The translations under genes and the position numbers were made by a program. DNA of 64,000 bases from a virus (lineage: Duplodnaviria; Caudoviricetes): the IMG/VR virus record IMGVR_UViG_3300032216_001965, positions 1-64,000 of that record. One strand, given 5' to 3'. Of this stretch, positions 1 through 7,954 are shown in pieces (the first letter of the stretch is position 1; each line of letters starts with the position of its first letter). The notes beneath the pieces were generated by a model. That model was not told the DNA's origin and did not search any database. It saw nothing but the letters and a program-made list of their open reading frames with translations.

Positions 1-7
1 ATAAAAA

Positions 8-1891
8 ATGGCAACAGTAAATAAAGATTTTAAAATTAAGAGTGGTCTTATCGTTGAGGGTTCAACAGCAACCGTAGGCGGATATGATGTTCTTACAAAG
101 AAGCAAGGAGACCAAGATTATATTGTTGGTCTTATTGGTGGTACAGCAACATCTGCTAACACTGCTAACACAGTTGTAAAGCGTGATGCATCAGGTAACT
201 TTGCTGCAGGAACAATTACAGCAGCAGTTACAGGAAATGTAACAGGTAACGTAACAGGAAACGTAACAGGTAATTTAACTGGTAACGTAACTGGTAACGT
301 ATCAGGTTCTGCTGGAACAGTAACAAGCCTTTCAGGTAATTCAACAACAGGACTTACAGAAGGAACTAACCTTTACTTCACAGATGAAAGAGCACAAGAT
401 GCAATTGGAAACAATCTTGGAACTGGTCTTTCATACAATGATTCAACAGGTGCAGTTTCTGTAACAGCAGGAACATATGATGCATATGGTGCAGCATCTG
501 CAGCACAATCTGCAGCAGAAGCAACAGCATCAGCAGATGCAACATCAAAGGCTAACGCTGCACGGACTGCAGCAGAGGCTACTGCATCAGCAGATGCAAC
601 CGCCAAGGTTGCAGCAGAAGCAACTGCAAGAGCAACTGCTGTAACTTCAGCAATCTCAACTGCAGCAGCAGATGCTACTTCAAAGGCTAACGCTGCACGT
701 ACTGCAGCAGAATCAACTGCAGCAGCAGCACTTTCATCTGCAATATCAACAGAAGTTTCAAACCGTAATATAGCAATCGGAGCAGCAATTGATGCAGTTG
801 TAGATGGTGCACCAGCACTACTTGATACATTGAATGAATTGGCAGCAGCAATAAATGATGATGCTAATTACACAACAACTATTACAACTGCATTGGGAAC
901 AAAAGCCCCACTTGCATCACCAGCATTAACTGGTACACCTACAGCACCAACTGCAGCAGCAGGTACAAATACAACTCAGGTCGCAACAACTGCATACGCA
1001 AAGGCAGCAGCAGATGCTGCACAGACTGCAGCAACTACAGCAGCAGCATCAGATGCTACTACAAAGGCTAACGCAGCACAGGCAGCAGCAGAGGCTACAG
1101 CAGCAGCAGATGCAACTTCTAAGGTTGCAGCCGAAGCAACTGCTCGTGCAACAGCAGTTACAAATGCAATATCAACCGCATCAGCAGATGCAACTTCAAA
1201 GGTTGCAGCAGAAGCAACAGCACGTAATACTGCAATTGCTACAGCAATCTCAACAGAAGTTTCAAATCGTAACACAGCAATTACTTCAGCAGTAGATGCA
1301 ATTGACACAGACGCAATTGAAGAGGGTACAGTTAATAAGTACTTCCTAGATTCTCGTGCTAAGGCTTCAGCAGCAGATCTTTTGACTGGCGCTACAAAGA
1401 CTAACATCACAATTACAGGTTCAGGTTCAGGCCTTGTTATTACCGCAGAAAACGGTGTAGCAGATTCTACAACTTCAGACCTTACAGAAGGTTCAAACCT
1501 TTACTTTACAAATGCTCGTGCAGTATCTGCTGTACAAGCAGTTGTTCCAAACTTTACATCAGTTGATTTGAATTCAGTTGCTAAGCAAGTTGCAGCAACT
1601 CTTTCAGCACCAACTGCTGGAGTTCAAACAGCACACGCTTTTGCAAAGGCTGACTATCGTTCAGCAGAATACCTTGTAAAGGTTGCATATTCAACACACA
1701 CTGAAATATCAAAGGTTCTTTTGACTCTTGATACTTCAGATAATATTGCAATTACAGAATACGGAATGGTAGGAACAAATGGTTCACTATCAGCAGTTTC
1801 TGCAGGTATCTCAGGAGCAAATGTACAACTTCTAGTAACAACTGCTAACAATAACTCAACAGTTACTGTTATGGGAACACTACTTAAGTAA
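8..1891 (+). CDS. Tail fibre / virion appendage protein (Ala/Thr-rich, modular)
   Basis: VTGN tetrapeptide repeats; three LTEGxNLYFT-type repeats; P2 gpH-like fibre repeat DGAPALLDTLNELAAAINDD...KAPLASPALTGTPTAPTA; C-terminal domain of the YRSAEYLV...ITEYG type seen in phage virion proteins. Confidence 0.75.
   Translation: MATVNKDFKIKSGLIVEGSTATVGGYDVLTKKQGDQDYIVGLIGGTATSANTANTVVKRDASGNFAAGTITAAVTGNVTGNVTGNVTGNLTGNVTGNVSGSAGTVTSLSGNSTTGLTEGTNLYFTDERAQDAIGNNLGTGLSYNDSTGAVSVTAGTYDAYGAASAAQSAAEATASADATSKANAARTAAEATASADATAKVAAEATARATAVTSAISTAAADATSKANAARTAAESTAAAALSSAISTEVSNRNIAIGAAIDAVVDGAPALLDTLNELAAAINDDANYTTTITTALGTKAPLASPALTGTPTAPTAAAGTNTTQVATTAYAKAAADAAQTAATTAAASDATTKANAAQAAAEATAAADATSKVAAEATARATAVTNAISTASADATSKVAAEATARNTAIATAISTEVSNRNTAITSAVDAIDTDAIEEGTVNKYFLDSRAKASAADLLTGATKTNITITGSGSGLVITAENGVADSTTSDLTEGSNLYFTNARAVSAVQAVVPNFTSVDLNSVAKQVAATLSAPTAGVQTAHAFAKADYRSAEYLVKVAYSTHTEISKVLLTLDTSDNIAITEYGMVGTNGSLSAVSAGISGANVQLLVTTANNNSTVTVMGTLLK
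226..305 (+). repeat. Imperfect 12-bp tandem repeat encoding (VTGN)n
   Basis: gtaacaggtaac-like units; protein AVTGNVTGNVTGNVTGNLTGNVTGNVSG. Confidence 0.85.
909..1022 (+). repeat. 114-bp perfect direct repeat, copy 1 (copy 2 at 4497-4610)
   Basis: Base-by-base alignment from cacttgcatcacc to gatgctgcac is identical in both fibre genes, including synonymous sites. Confidence 0.9.
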
Positions 1892-1904
1892 TTAATTAAA
1901 GGTT

Positions 1905-1929
1905 TGGGGGATCCTTTCAAAATCCCTCA
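1905..1929 (+). other. Intergenic stem-loop (possible attenuator or RNA-stabilising hairpin)
   Basis: tgggggat / atccctca, 8-bp stem with one G:U pair; followed by an A-run rather than a U-tract. Confidence 0.35.
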
Positions 1930-1957
1930 CAAAAAAAGTGGTAAAGAGGAGAAATAA

Positions 1958-2419
1958 ATGACAGCAGCATCAGTCACAGTCGATAAAGACTTCAGAGTTA
2001 AAAATGGATTAGTCGTAGCAAATGGCGGTCTATTTGGCGGAACAGTTACAGTAGCAACACCTACAAGTAATTCTCACGCAGCAACAAAGGAGTATGTCGA
2101 TTCACGCTCAATGGCTGTCGGAGATACGGCTCCCTCTTCACCAACTAATGGAACACAATGGTTGGACACTCTAACAAATAGAGTTAACTTTTATTATGGT
2201 GGATCTTGGTATACACAAGCAACTCTTGATGATACACATAATATCCCACAGCACATTCACGATACAGCAATTGATGGAACAGGACTTATTGTAAGTATGT
2301 TTGTTGAATCTGGTTTTCCAGATAGCCCAATGACTTCGAATACAGATTCTGGTAATGCATCAGATACAGTTTTCACATCTACAATAGATGGTGGATTAGC
2401 AATAGATAATTTCAATTAA
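1958..2419 (+). CDS. Small virion/fibre adaptor protein
   Basis: N-terminus VDKDFRVKNGLVV paralogous to the N-terminus of 8-1891; HAATKEYVD and APSSPTNGTQWLDT fibre motifs; C-terminal IDGG; SD gaggag. Confidence 0.65.
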   Translation: MTAASVTVDKDFRVKNGLVVANGGLFGGTVTVATPTSNSHAATKEYVDSRSMAVGDTAPSSPTNGTQWLDTLTNRVNFYYGGSWYTQATLDDTHNIPQHIHDTAIDGTGLIVSMFVESGFPDSPMTSNTDSGNASDTVFTSTIDGGLAIDNFN

Positions 2420-2427
2420 TAAATTGA

Positions 2428-2436
2428 TGTTATAAT
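2428..2436 (+). promoter_or_regulatory. Extended -10 promoter (TGTTATAAT)
   Basis: TGn-TATAAT in the intergenic gap upstream of 2474. Confidence 0.65.
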
Positions 2437-2473
2437 AAGATACATATGGGCAACCCCCATGAGGAGGAAGTAA

Positions 2474-4021
2474 ATGGCAGTTAGACAACAACAGCGTAGA
2501 GGTACTGCATCACAATGGACTGCAGCAAACCCAATTCTTTCAGCAGCCGAAATTGGTGTTGAAATTGATACAAATAAATTTAAGATTGGTGATGGAACTA
2601 ATCGCTGGGCAGACCTTGTTTACTTCACTGCAGATGCAGCAGCAGCAATTAATGACCTAATCGATGGTGCTCCAGATCTACTCAATACCCTCAATGAACT
2701 AGCAGCAGCAATCGGAGACGATGCAAATTTTGTTACAACAATGACAACAAATCTTGCAGCCAAGGCTCCAAAAGCGTCACCTACATTTACTGGAACAGTA
2801 TCTGGTGTAACTAAGTCTATGGTAGGTTTAGGAAATGTAGACAATACTTCTGATGCCAATAAGCCAGTCTCAACAGCAACTCAGGCTGCGCTTGACCTTA
2901 AGGCTAACTCAGCAGATATTACAGAACTTTCGCAAGATGCTGTCAACTCAGCACTTACTGCAGGATCAGGTATTACAAAGACCTATAATGATGCAGCAAA
3001 TACAATTACAGTTGCAGTAGACTCAACAATTGCAACAAAGACATATGCAGATGGTAAAGCATCTGACGCACAGACTGCAGCAGCAGCGGATGCAACTACC
3101 AAGGCTAATAATGCCAAGTCAGGTGCAGAAACTACAGCAGCAACTGCTCTTGCTTCACACGAAGCAGATACAACAAATATTCACGGTATTGCAGATACTT
3201 CTGCTCTTGCAACAAAAACATACGCTGATAATGCAGCATCTACTGCAGTAGCAGCAGTTGTTAACTCAGCACCAGAAGCCCTTGATACACTTAGGGAACT
3301 TGCAGATGCTCTTACAGCAGACGAATCAACAGCAGCAACACTTGCTACTTTAGTAGGAACAAAGGCACCTTCTGCAAACCCAACCTTTACTGGAACAGTA
3401 CAAGGTATCACAAAATCTATGGTAGGTTTAGGAAATGTTGATAACACATCTGATGCAAATAAGCCAGTTTCAACTGCCACTCAAACAGCACTAGATGCCA
3501 AACTTGCTTCTGCAACTGCAGCATCAACATACGAAACAATTTCAAATGTAGCACTTAAGGCACCACTTGCTTCACCTACATTTACTGGAACTGTTTCAGG
3601 AATTACAAAGTCAATGGTAGGACTGGGTTCTGTAGATAATACAGCAGATACAGCAAAGCCTGTTTCAACCGCTCAACAGACTGCACTTGACCTAAAGGCT
3701 CCACTTGCGAACCCAACATTTACTGGCACAGTCTCTGGTATTACATCAACAATGGTTGGTCTTGGAAACGTAGATAATACTTCAGATGCTAATAAACCAG
3801 TCTCAAGTGCTACACAAACAGCACTTGACCTGAAACTTGCTTCTGCAACTGCAGCATCAACATATGCACCACTTGCTTCACCAGCACTTACTGGAACACC
3901 AACAGCACCAACAGCATCTTATTCAACAGATTCTACACAATTAGCAACAACTGCTTTTGTAAAATCTGTATTAAATAATATTGGATCGTTAAATCTCGTC
4001 CTTGATGGCGGGGGAGCGTAA
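2474..4021 (+). CDS. Tail fibre protein with Mtd_N/hyaluronidase-like N-terminal domain
   Basis: RRGTASQWTAANPILSAAEIGVEIDTNKFKIGDG N-terminal motif; repeated KAPLASPTFTGTVSGITKSMVGLGNVDNTSDANKPVSTATQ fibre modules; ends in LDGGGA. Confidence 0.8.
   Translation: MAVRQQQRRGTASQWTAANPILSAAEIGVEIDTNKFKIGDGTNRWADLVYFTADAAAAINDLIDGAPDLLNTLNELAAAIGDDANFVTTMTTNLAAKAPKASPTFTGTVSGVTKSMVGLGNVDNTSDANKPVSTATQAALDLKANSADITELSQDAVNSALTAGSGITKTYNDAANTITVAVDSTIATKTYADGKASDAQTAAAADATTKANNAKSGAETTAATALASHEADTTNIHGIADTSALATKTYADNAASTAVAAVVNSAPEALDTLRELADALTADESTAATLATLVGTKAPSANPTFTGTVQGITKSMVGLGNVDNTSDANKPVSTATQTALDAKLASATAASTYETISNVALKAPLASPTFTGTVSGITKSMVGLGSVDNTADTAKPVSTAQQTALDLKAPLANPTFTGTVSGITSTMVGLGNVDNTSDANKPVSSATQTALDLKLASATAASTYAPLASPALTGTPTAPTASYSTDSTQLATTAFVKSVLNNIGSLNLVLDGGGA
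3716..3792 (+). repeat. 77-bp perfect direct repeat, copy 1 (copy 2 at 4805-4881)
   Basis: acatttactggcacagtctctggt...tcagatgctaa is identical in genes 2474 and 4079. Confidence 0.9.
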
Positions 4022-4078
4022 ACCAATGAAAAATTTAAATAATAAAGAGTACGCAGCCCGTACAGAGGAGAAATAATT

Positions 4079-5731
4079 ATGTCAACAAGAATGCAACAAA
4101 GAAGAGGAACTTCTTCTCAATGGACAACAGCAAATTCAGTACTTGCTTCTGGTGAAATTGGTTTTGAAACCAATACTGGAAAGTTTAAGATTGGCAATGG
4201 CACAAGCGCTTGGGCTGATCTTGTTTATTATGCATCATCAGATGATGTAGCAGCAATTATTGATGGTGCTCCTACAGCACTAAACACATTAAAAGAATTA
4301 GCAGCAGCAATTGATAATAATGCATCTTTTGCATCAACAATTGTTCAGTCATTAAGTGAAAAGGCTTCAACAGCATCAGTTTCAACAAGTTTTACAAGTG
4401 AAAGAAGTTATACAAACTCAGCAATAACAAGTGCTATTGACTCAGAAGTTTCATCAAGAAACTCAGCAATTTCAACTGCTGTATCAGGTCTTGCCTCACT
4501 TGCATCACCAGCATTAACTGGTACACCTACAGCACCAACTGCAGCAGCAGGTACAAATACAACTCAGGTCGCAACAACTGCATACGCAAAGGCAGCAGCA
4601 GATGCTGCACGGACTGCAGCAGAGGCTACAGCAGCATCAGATGCTACTACAAAGGTAGCAACAGAAGTTACAAATCGTAACTCAGCAATTTCAACACACA
4701 ATTCTGCTACTACAAATGTACATGGAATTACAGATACATCAGCATTAGCATTAACTGCAACCGTTAACTCAGGATTGGCACTTAAGGCTAACCTTGCCTC
4801 ACCTACATTTACTGGCACAGTCTCTGGTATTACATCAACAATGGTTGGTCTTGGAAACGTAGATAATACTTCAGATGCTAACAAGCCAGTATCTACTGCA
4901 ACAACAACAGCCCTTGCTTTAAAGGCTCCATTGGCCTCACCTACATTTACTGGCACAGTAACAATTCCTGCAGGCGCAAGCATCTCAGGTTTTGCCCCAC
5001 TTGCTTCACCAGCATTGACAGGAACTCCAACTGCTCCAACAGCAGCAGCAGGAACTTCAACTACACAGGTTGCAACTACAGCATTCGTAGGAACAGCAGT
5101 TTCAAACCTTGTTGCATCAGCACCTGCAGCACTTGATACTCTTAATGAACTAGCAACTGCTCTTGGAAATGACGCATCATTTTCAACAACAATTACAAAT
5201 GCACTTGCAGCAAAGGCTCCACTTGCTTCACCAACATTTACAGGAACTGTAACAATTCCTGCAGGCGCAAGCATCTCAGGTTTTGCCCCACTTGCTTCAC
5301 CAACATTTACAGGCACAAACACTGTGGCAGCACTTACAGTATCTGGTTCTGGACTAATAACAGCATCTTCTGCTGGTGTAGCATTTACAGATGGTACACA
5401 GACTAAAGAAGGAGTTATCTCACGTACACCAATTGTACAAAAGACAGCATCTTATACACTTTCAGCATTGACAGAAAGAGATTCACTTGTTGAAATTTCT
5501 TCAGCATCTGGAGTAACTTTAACAGTTCCTACAAATGCAACAGTTGCTTACCCAGTAGGAACATCTATTGATATTCTTCAAACTGGAGCAGGACAAATTA
5601 CTGTTGCAGGTGCCAGTGGCGTTACAATCAATGCAACACCAGGATTAAAGTTAAGAACACAATGGTCTGGAGCAACTCTGTTTAAGAGAGCAACAGATAC
5701 TTGGGTTCTCTACGGCGATCTATCAGCATAA
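4079..5731 (+). CDS. Tail fibre protein with Mtd_N-like N-terminus and C-terminal adaptor domain
   Basis: RRGTSSQWTTANSVLASGEIGFETNTGKFKIGNG; P2-like fibre repeats; C-terminal VTINATPGLKLRTQWSGATLFKRATDTWVLYGDL domain common in phage fibres. Confidence 0.8.
   Translation: MSTRMQQRRGTSSQWTTANSVLASGEIGFETNTGKFKIGNGTSAWADLVYYASSDDVAAIIDGAPTALNTLKELAAAIDNNASFASTIVQSLSEKASTASVSTSFTSERSYTNSAITSAIDSEVSSRNSAISTAVSGLASLASPALTGTPTAPTAAAGTNTTQVATTAYAKAAADAARTAAEATAASDATTKVATEVTNRNSAISTHNSATTNVHGITDTSALALTATVNSGLALKANLASPTFTGTVSGITSTMVGLGNVDNTSDANKPVSTATTTALALKAPLASPTFTGTVTIPAGASISGFAPLASPALTGTPTAPTAAAGTSTTQVATTAFVGTAVSNLVASAPAALDTLNELATALGNDASFSTTITNALAAKAPLASPTFTGTVTIPAGASISGFAPLASPTFTGTNTVAALTVSGSGLITASSAGVAFTDGTQTKEGVISRTPIVQKTASYTLSALTERDSLVEISSASGVTLTVPTNATVAYPVGTSIDILQTGAGQITVAGASGVTINATPGLKLRTQWSGATLFKRATDTWVLYGDLSA
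4958..5302 (+). repeat. 54-bp perfect intragenic repeat (4958-5011 and 5249-5302)
   Basis: gtaacaattcctgcaggcgcaagcatctcaggttttgccccacttgcttcacca occurs twice. Confidence 0.85.
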
Positions 5732-5762
5732 AAATTTAGTTTAGAAATAGGAGAAATAAAAT

Positions 5763-7094
5763 ATGGCAGTAAATAAAAAAATGGGTGGTCACTCACAGTC
5801 AGCAAATGACTTTTTAGCACCCTATGCTCCAACAATCGGAACAGCAACAAATGTTCCTTCAGGCCGTGCATATAATAATGGACGGATTGATGTAACATTT
5901 ACTCCAGATTCAAGATATGCAGCAACATCTTTCACTGTCACATCTTCTCCTGGAGGTTATACAGGAACTGGATCAGCATCTCCAATTACTGTCACTGGTC
6001 TTCAATCTAATACATCTTATACATTTACTGTAACTGCAACAAATAACTATGGAACTTCATCAGCATCTTCTGCATCTAATAGCATAACTGCTACCACAGT
6101 TCCAGATACAGTTGCTACTCCTTCAGTATCTACAGTAGCAATTGGTGGTGCTTCAGCCCAAGGTTCTGCAAATACTGCAACAGATACAGTTTCATGGTCT
6201 GCTCCAGCAGATGGTGGTTCAGGAATTACAAACTACCACTGGACATCATCTGATGGAAAATCAGGGGATACTGGATCTACATCTATTTCAGTATCACAAG
6301 AATCTGGAACAGCGCAGACTTATTCTGTTTATGCAACTAATGCTAATGGAAATGGTGGAACTGGTACATCTGGTTCAATAACATCTGCTTTCTCATTTAC
6401 ACCGTTTGGATTTACTCCATTTGGATTTACTCCATTTGGATTTACTCCATTTGGTGCATTTGGTTTTGCACCATTTGGTGCCTTTGGTGCATTTGGTGCA
6501 TTTGGTGCCTTTGGTGCCTTTGGTGCATTTGGTGCATTTGGATTTACACCTGCAGGACCAAGAGATGGTGTAAATAATCAAGTTGGCGCACGTTTCTATT
6601 TTAATACTTTCTCACTAAACTACAACACTCAGGTTGTTATGGCTCCAGTTCCTGGTCAGCCAGATACAACAAAACCTGCAGGTGAACTAGTTGTTGGAGA
6701 TAAACTAAAGGCACTTGATTTAGGAGATGTTCCTGCTAATTTAAGAGAAGCAGTATTTACAGAAGATCTTGATATGACTAAAATTGTTGAAACAGAAATT
6801 GTTAGACTTGATCATCATGATGAAACAATATTTATTTATGTTGACGGCGATCTATTCTCAAGAAGTCACTGGATTCTTGCTAAAAAAGATGGAGTAATTT
6901 CATTTATTAAGTCTGATGCAATTGATACAACTTACCAACGCTACTCTCCAGAAGACACAGCATGGGTAGATATTCAAATTGTTGAACAAGTTGAGTTGGC
7001 AATGACTAAAGTTACTATTAACTGTGAGCCTTACGATAACTTCTTCACTAAGAAGATGCTTGTATTTGACGGTCCAGATCTGCCAACAGAATAA
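5763..7094 (+). CDS. FN3-domain virion protein with FG-rich repeats and C-terminal Hint-like domain
   Basis: Two FN3-like units (VTGLQSNTSYTFTVTATNNYG; VSWSAPADGGSGITNY); FGFTP/FGA repeats; C-terminal ~153 aa match Hint blocks A (SLNYNTQVVM...GELVVGDKL), B (SRSH) and F/G (INCEPYDNFFTKKMLVFD). Confidence 0.7.
   Translation: MAVNKKMGGHSQSANDFLAPYAPTIGTATNVPSGRAYNNGRIDVTFTPDSRYAATSFTVTSSPGGYTGTGSASPITVTGLQSNTSYTFTVTATNNYGTSSASSASNSITATTVPDTVATPSVSTVAIGGASAQGSANTATDTVSWSAPADGGSGITNYHWTSSDGKSGDTGSTSISVSQESGTAQTYSVYATNANGNGGTGTSGSITSAFSFTPFGFTPFGFTPFGFTPFGAFGFAPFGAFGAFGAFGAFGAFGAFGAFGFTPAGPRDGVNNQVGARFYFNTFSLNYNTQVVMAPVPGQPDTTKPAGELVVGDKLKALDLGDVPANLREAVFTEDLDMTKIVETEIVRLDHHDETIFIYVDGDLFSRSHWILAKKDGVISFIKSDAIDTTYQRYSPEDTAWVDIQIVEQVELAMTKVTINCEPYDNFFTKKMLVFDGPDLPTE
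6395..6551 (+). repeat. 15-bp (FGFTP) and 9-bp (FGA) coding tandem repeats
   Basis: tttggatttactcca-type units followed by a run of tttggtgca/tttggtgcc units. Confidence 0.9.
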
Positions 7095-7109
7095 TACCTA
7101 CTTTCAAAG

Positions 7110-7118
7110 TGGTATACT
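7110..7118 (+). promoter_or_regulatory. Extended -10 promoter (TGGTATACT), leaderless start
   Basis: TATACT ends 6 nt before ATG 7125; no SD. Confidence 0.7.
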
Positions 7119-7124
7119 TATAAA

Positions 7125-7871
7125 ATGAAAAAAAATAAACCTTCAAAGGTTAAGTTTATATCAACAATGCCTAAAAGTCCAGGTATATTTCCAGAACCTG
7201 AACCAGCATATAAACATATACCTTCATGGTACAAAAAAGTTGAATCTTTTTACAATGGAGACTCAACACCTCAGAATGGTCATCAAAATATAACAGTCAA
7301 AAGGTGTATTGCATTTTTAGACATGCTGTCTACTGGCTATTTTTTACTTGCACCATTTGATATTTATATAGATACAACAGATGGAAAACAAACTTTTGAT
7401 ATTCCTGCAGGTGTTCTTGGTTTACAAAATATGGGAGTTAAGCAGTTTATTGGAAACCACGATATGCGTCAAGTCGATGGTTATCCATTTGATAAAAATA
7501 TATTTATAGATTATTTATTTAGAGTACATCCTATATGGATTGTTAAAACTGATCCAGGAGTAAGTTGTATGTTTATACAACCACAACATCATGAAGAATC
7601 TCCACTATATGCTATATCTGCAGTAATTGATACAGACTCCTATTCTTCTGACGGACTTCTATCATTTTTAGTTAAAAAGAATTTTAAAGGAGTTATTAAA
7701 AAAGGAACTCCAATGGTTCAGGTAATACCTTTTGTTAGAAAAGATTATGAATCTGAAATAATTTTAAATCAAGAAGAATACTCAATCATAAAATCACAAG
7801 GAATTAAAATTAGAACTGTTTTTAATTCTGGATATAAAAAATATTTTTGGAAAAAGAAAAAATATATTTAA
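7125..7871 (+). CDS. DUF6065-like protein (dUTPase-like beta fold suspected)
   Basis: IPSWYKK...TVKRCIAFLDMLSTGY...IDTD...IKKGTPMVQVIPFVR motifs; clear paralog at 59697. Confidence 0.6.
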   Translation: MKKNKPSKVKFISTMPKSPGIFPEPEPAYKHIPSWYKKVESFYNGDSTPQNGHQNITVKRCIAFLDMLSTGYFLLAPFDIYIDTTDGKQTFDIPAGVLGLQNMGVKQFIGNHDMRQVDGYPFDKNIFIDYLFRVHPIWIVKTDPGVSCMFIQPQHHEESPLYAISAVIDTDSYSSDGLLSFLVKKNFKGVIKKGTPMVQVIPFVRKDYESEIILNQEEYSIIKSQGIKIRTVFNSGYKKYFWKKKKYI

Positions 7872-7912
7872 ACATAACTAAAAGGTTGAGAGTTTTGATT
7901 TTTTAAAAACTC

Positions 7913-7921
7913 TGCTATACT
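7913..7921 (+). promoter_or_regulatory. Extended -10 promoter (TGCTATACT)
   Basis: Upstream of the RNR gene; SD aaagga follows. Confidence 0.6.
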
Positions 7922-7954
7922 TAACACTATTCCGTTTTTGAAAGGACGATACAC

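Noticed and set aside
909-4881. Diversity-generating retroelement (Mtd_N domains plus a repeated sequence pair)
   Set aside because: The repeats are 100% identical with no adenine-specific mismatches, lie mid-gene, and no reverse transcriptase is in the window
373-5322. Long antisense and alternate-frame ORFs over the fibre genes (e.g. 976-1410, 4564-5322, 1014-1295)
   Set aside because: Shadows of GCA/ACA/GCT codon bias in Ala/Thr-rich genes; no SD or promoter, low-complexity V/A or Q/L products
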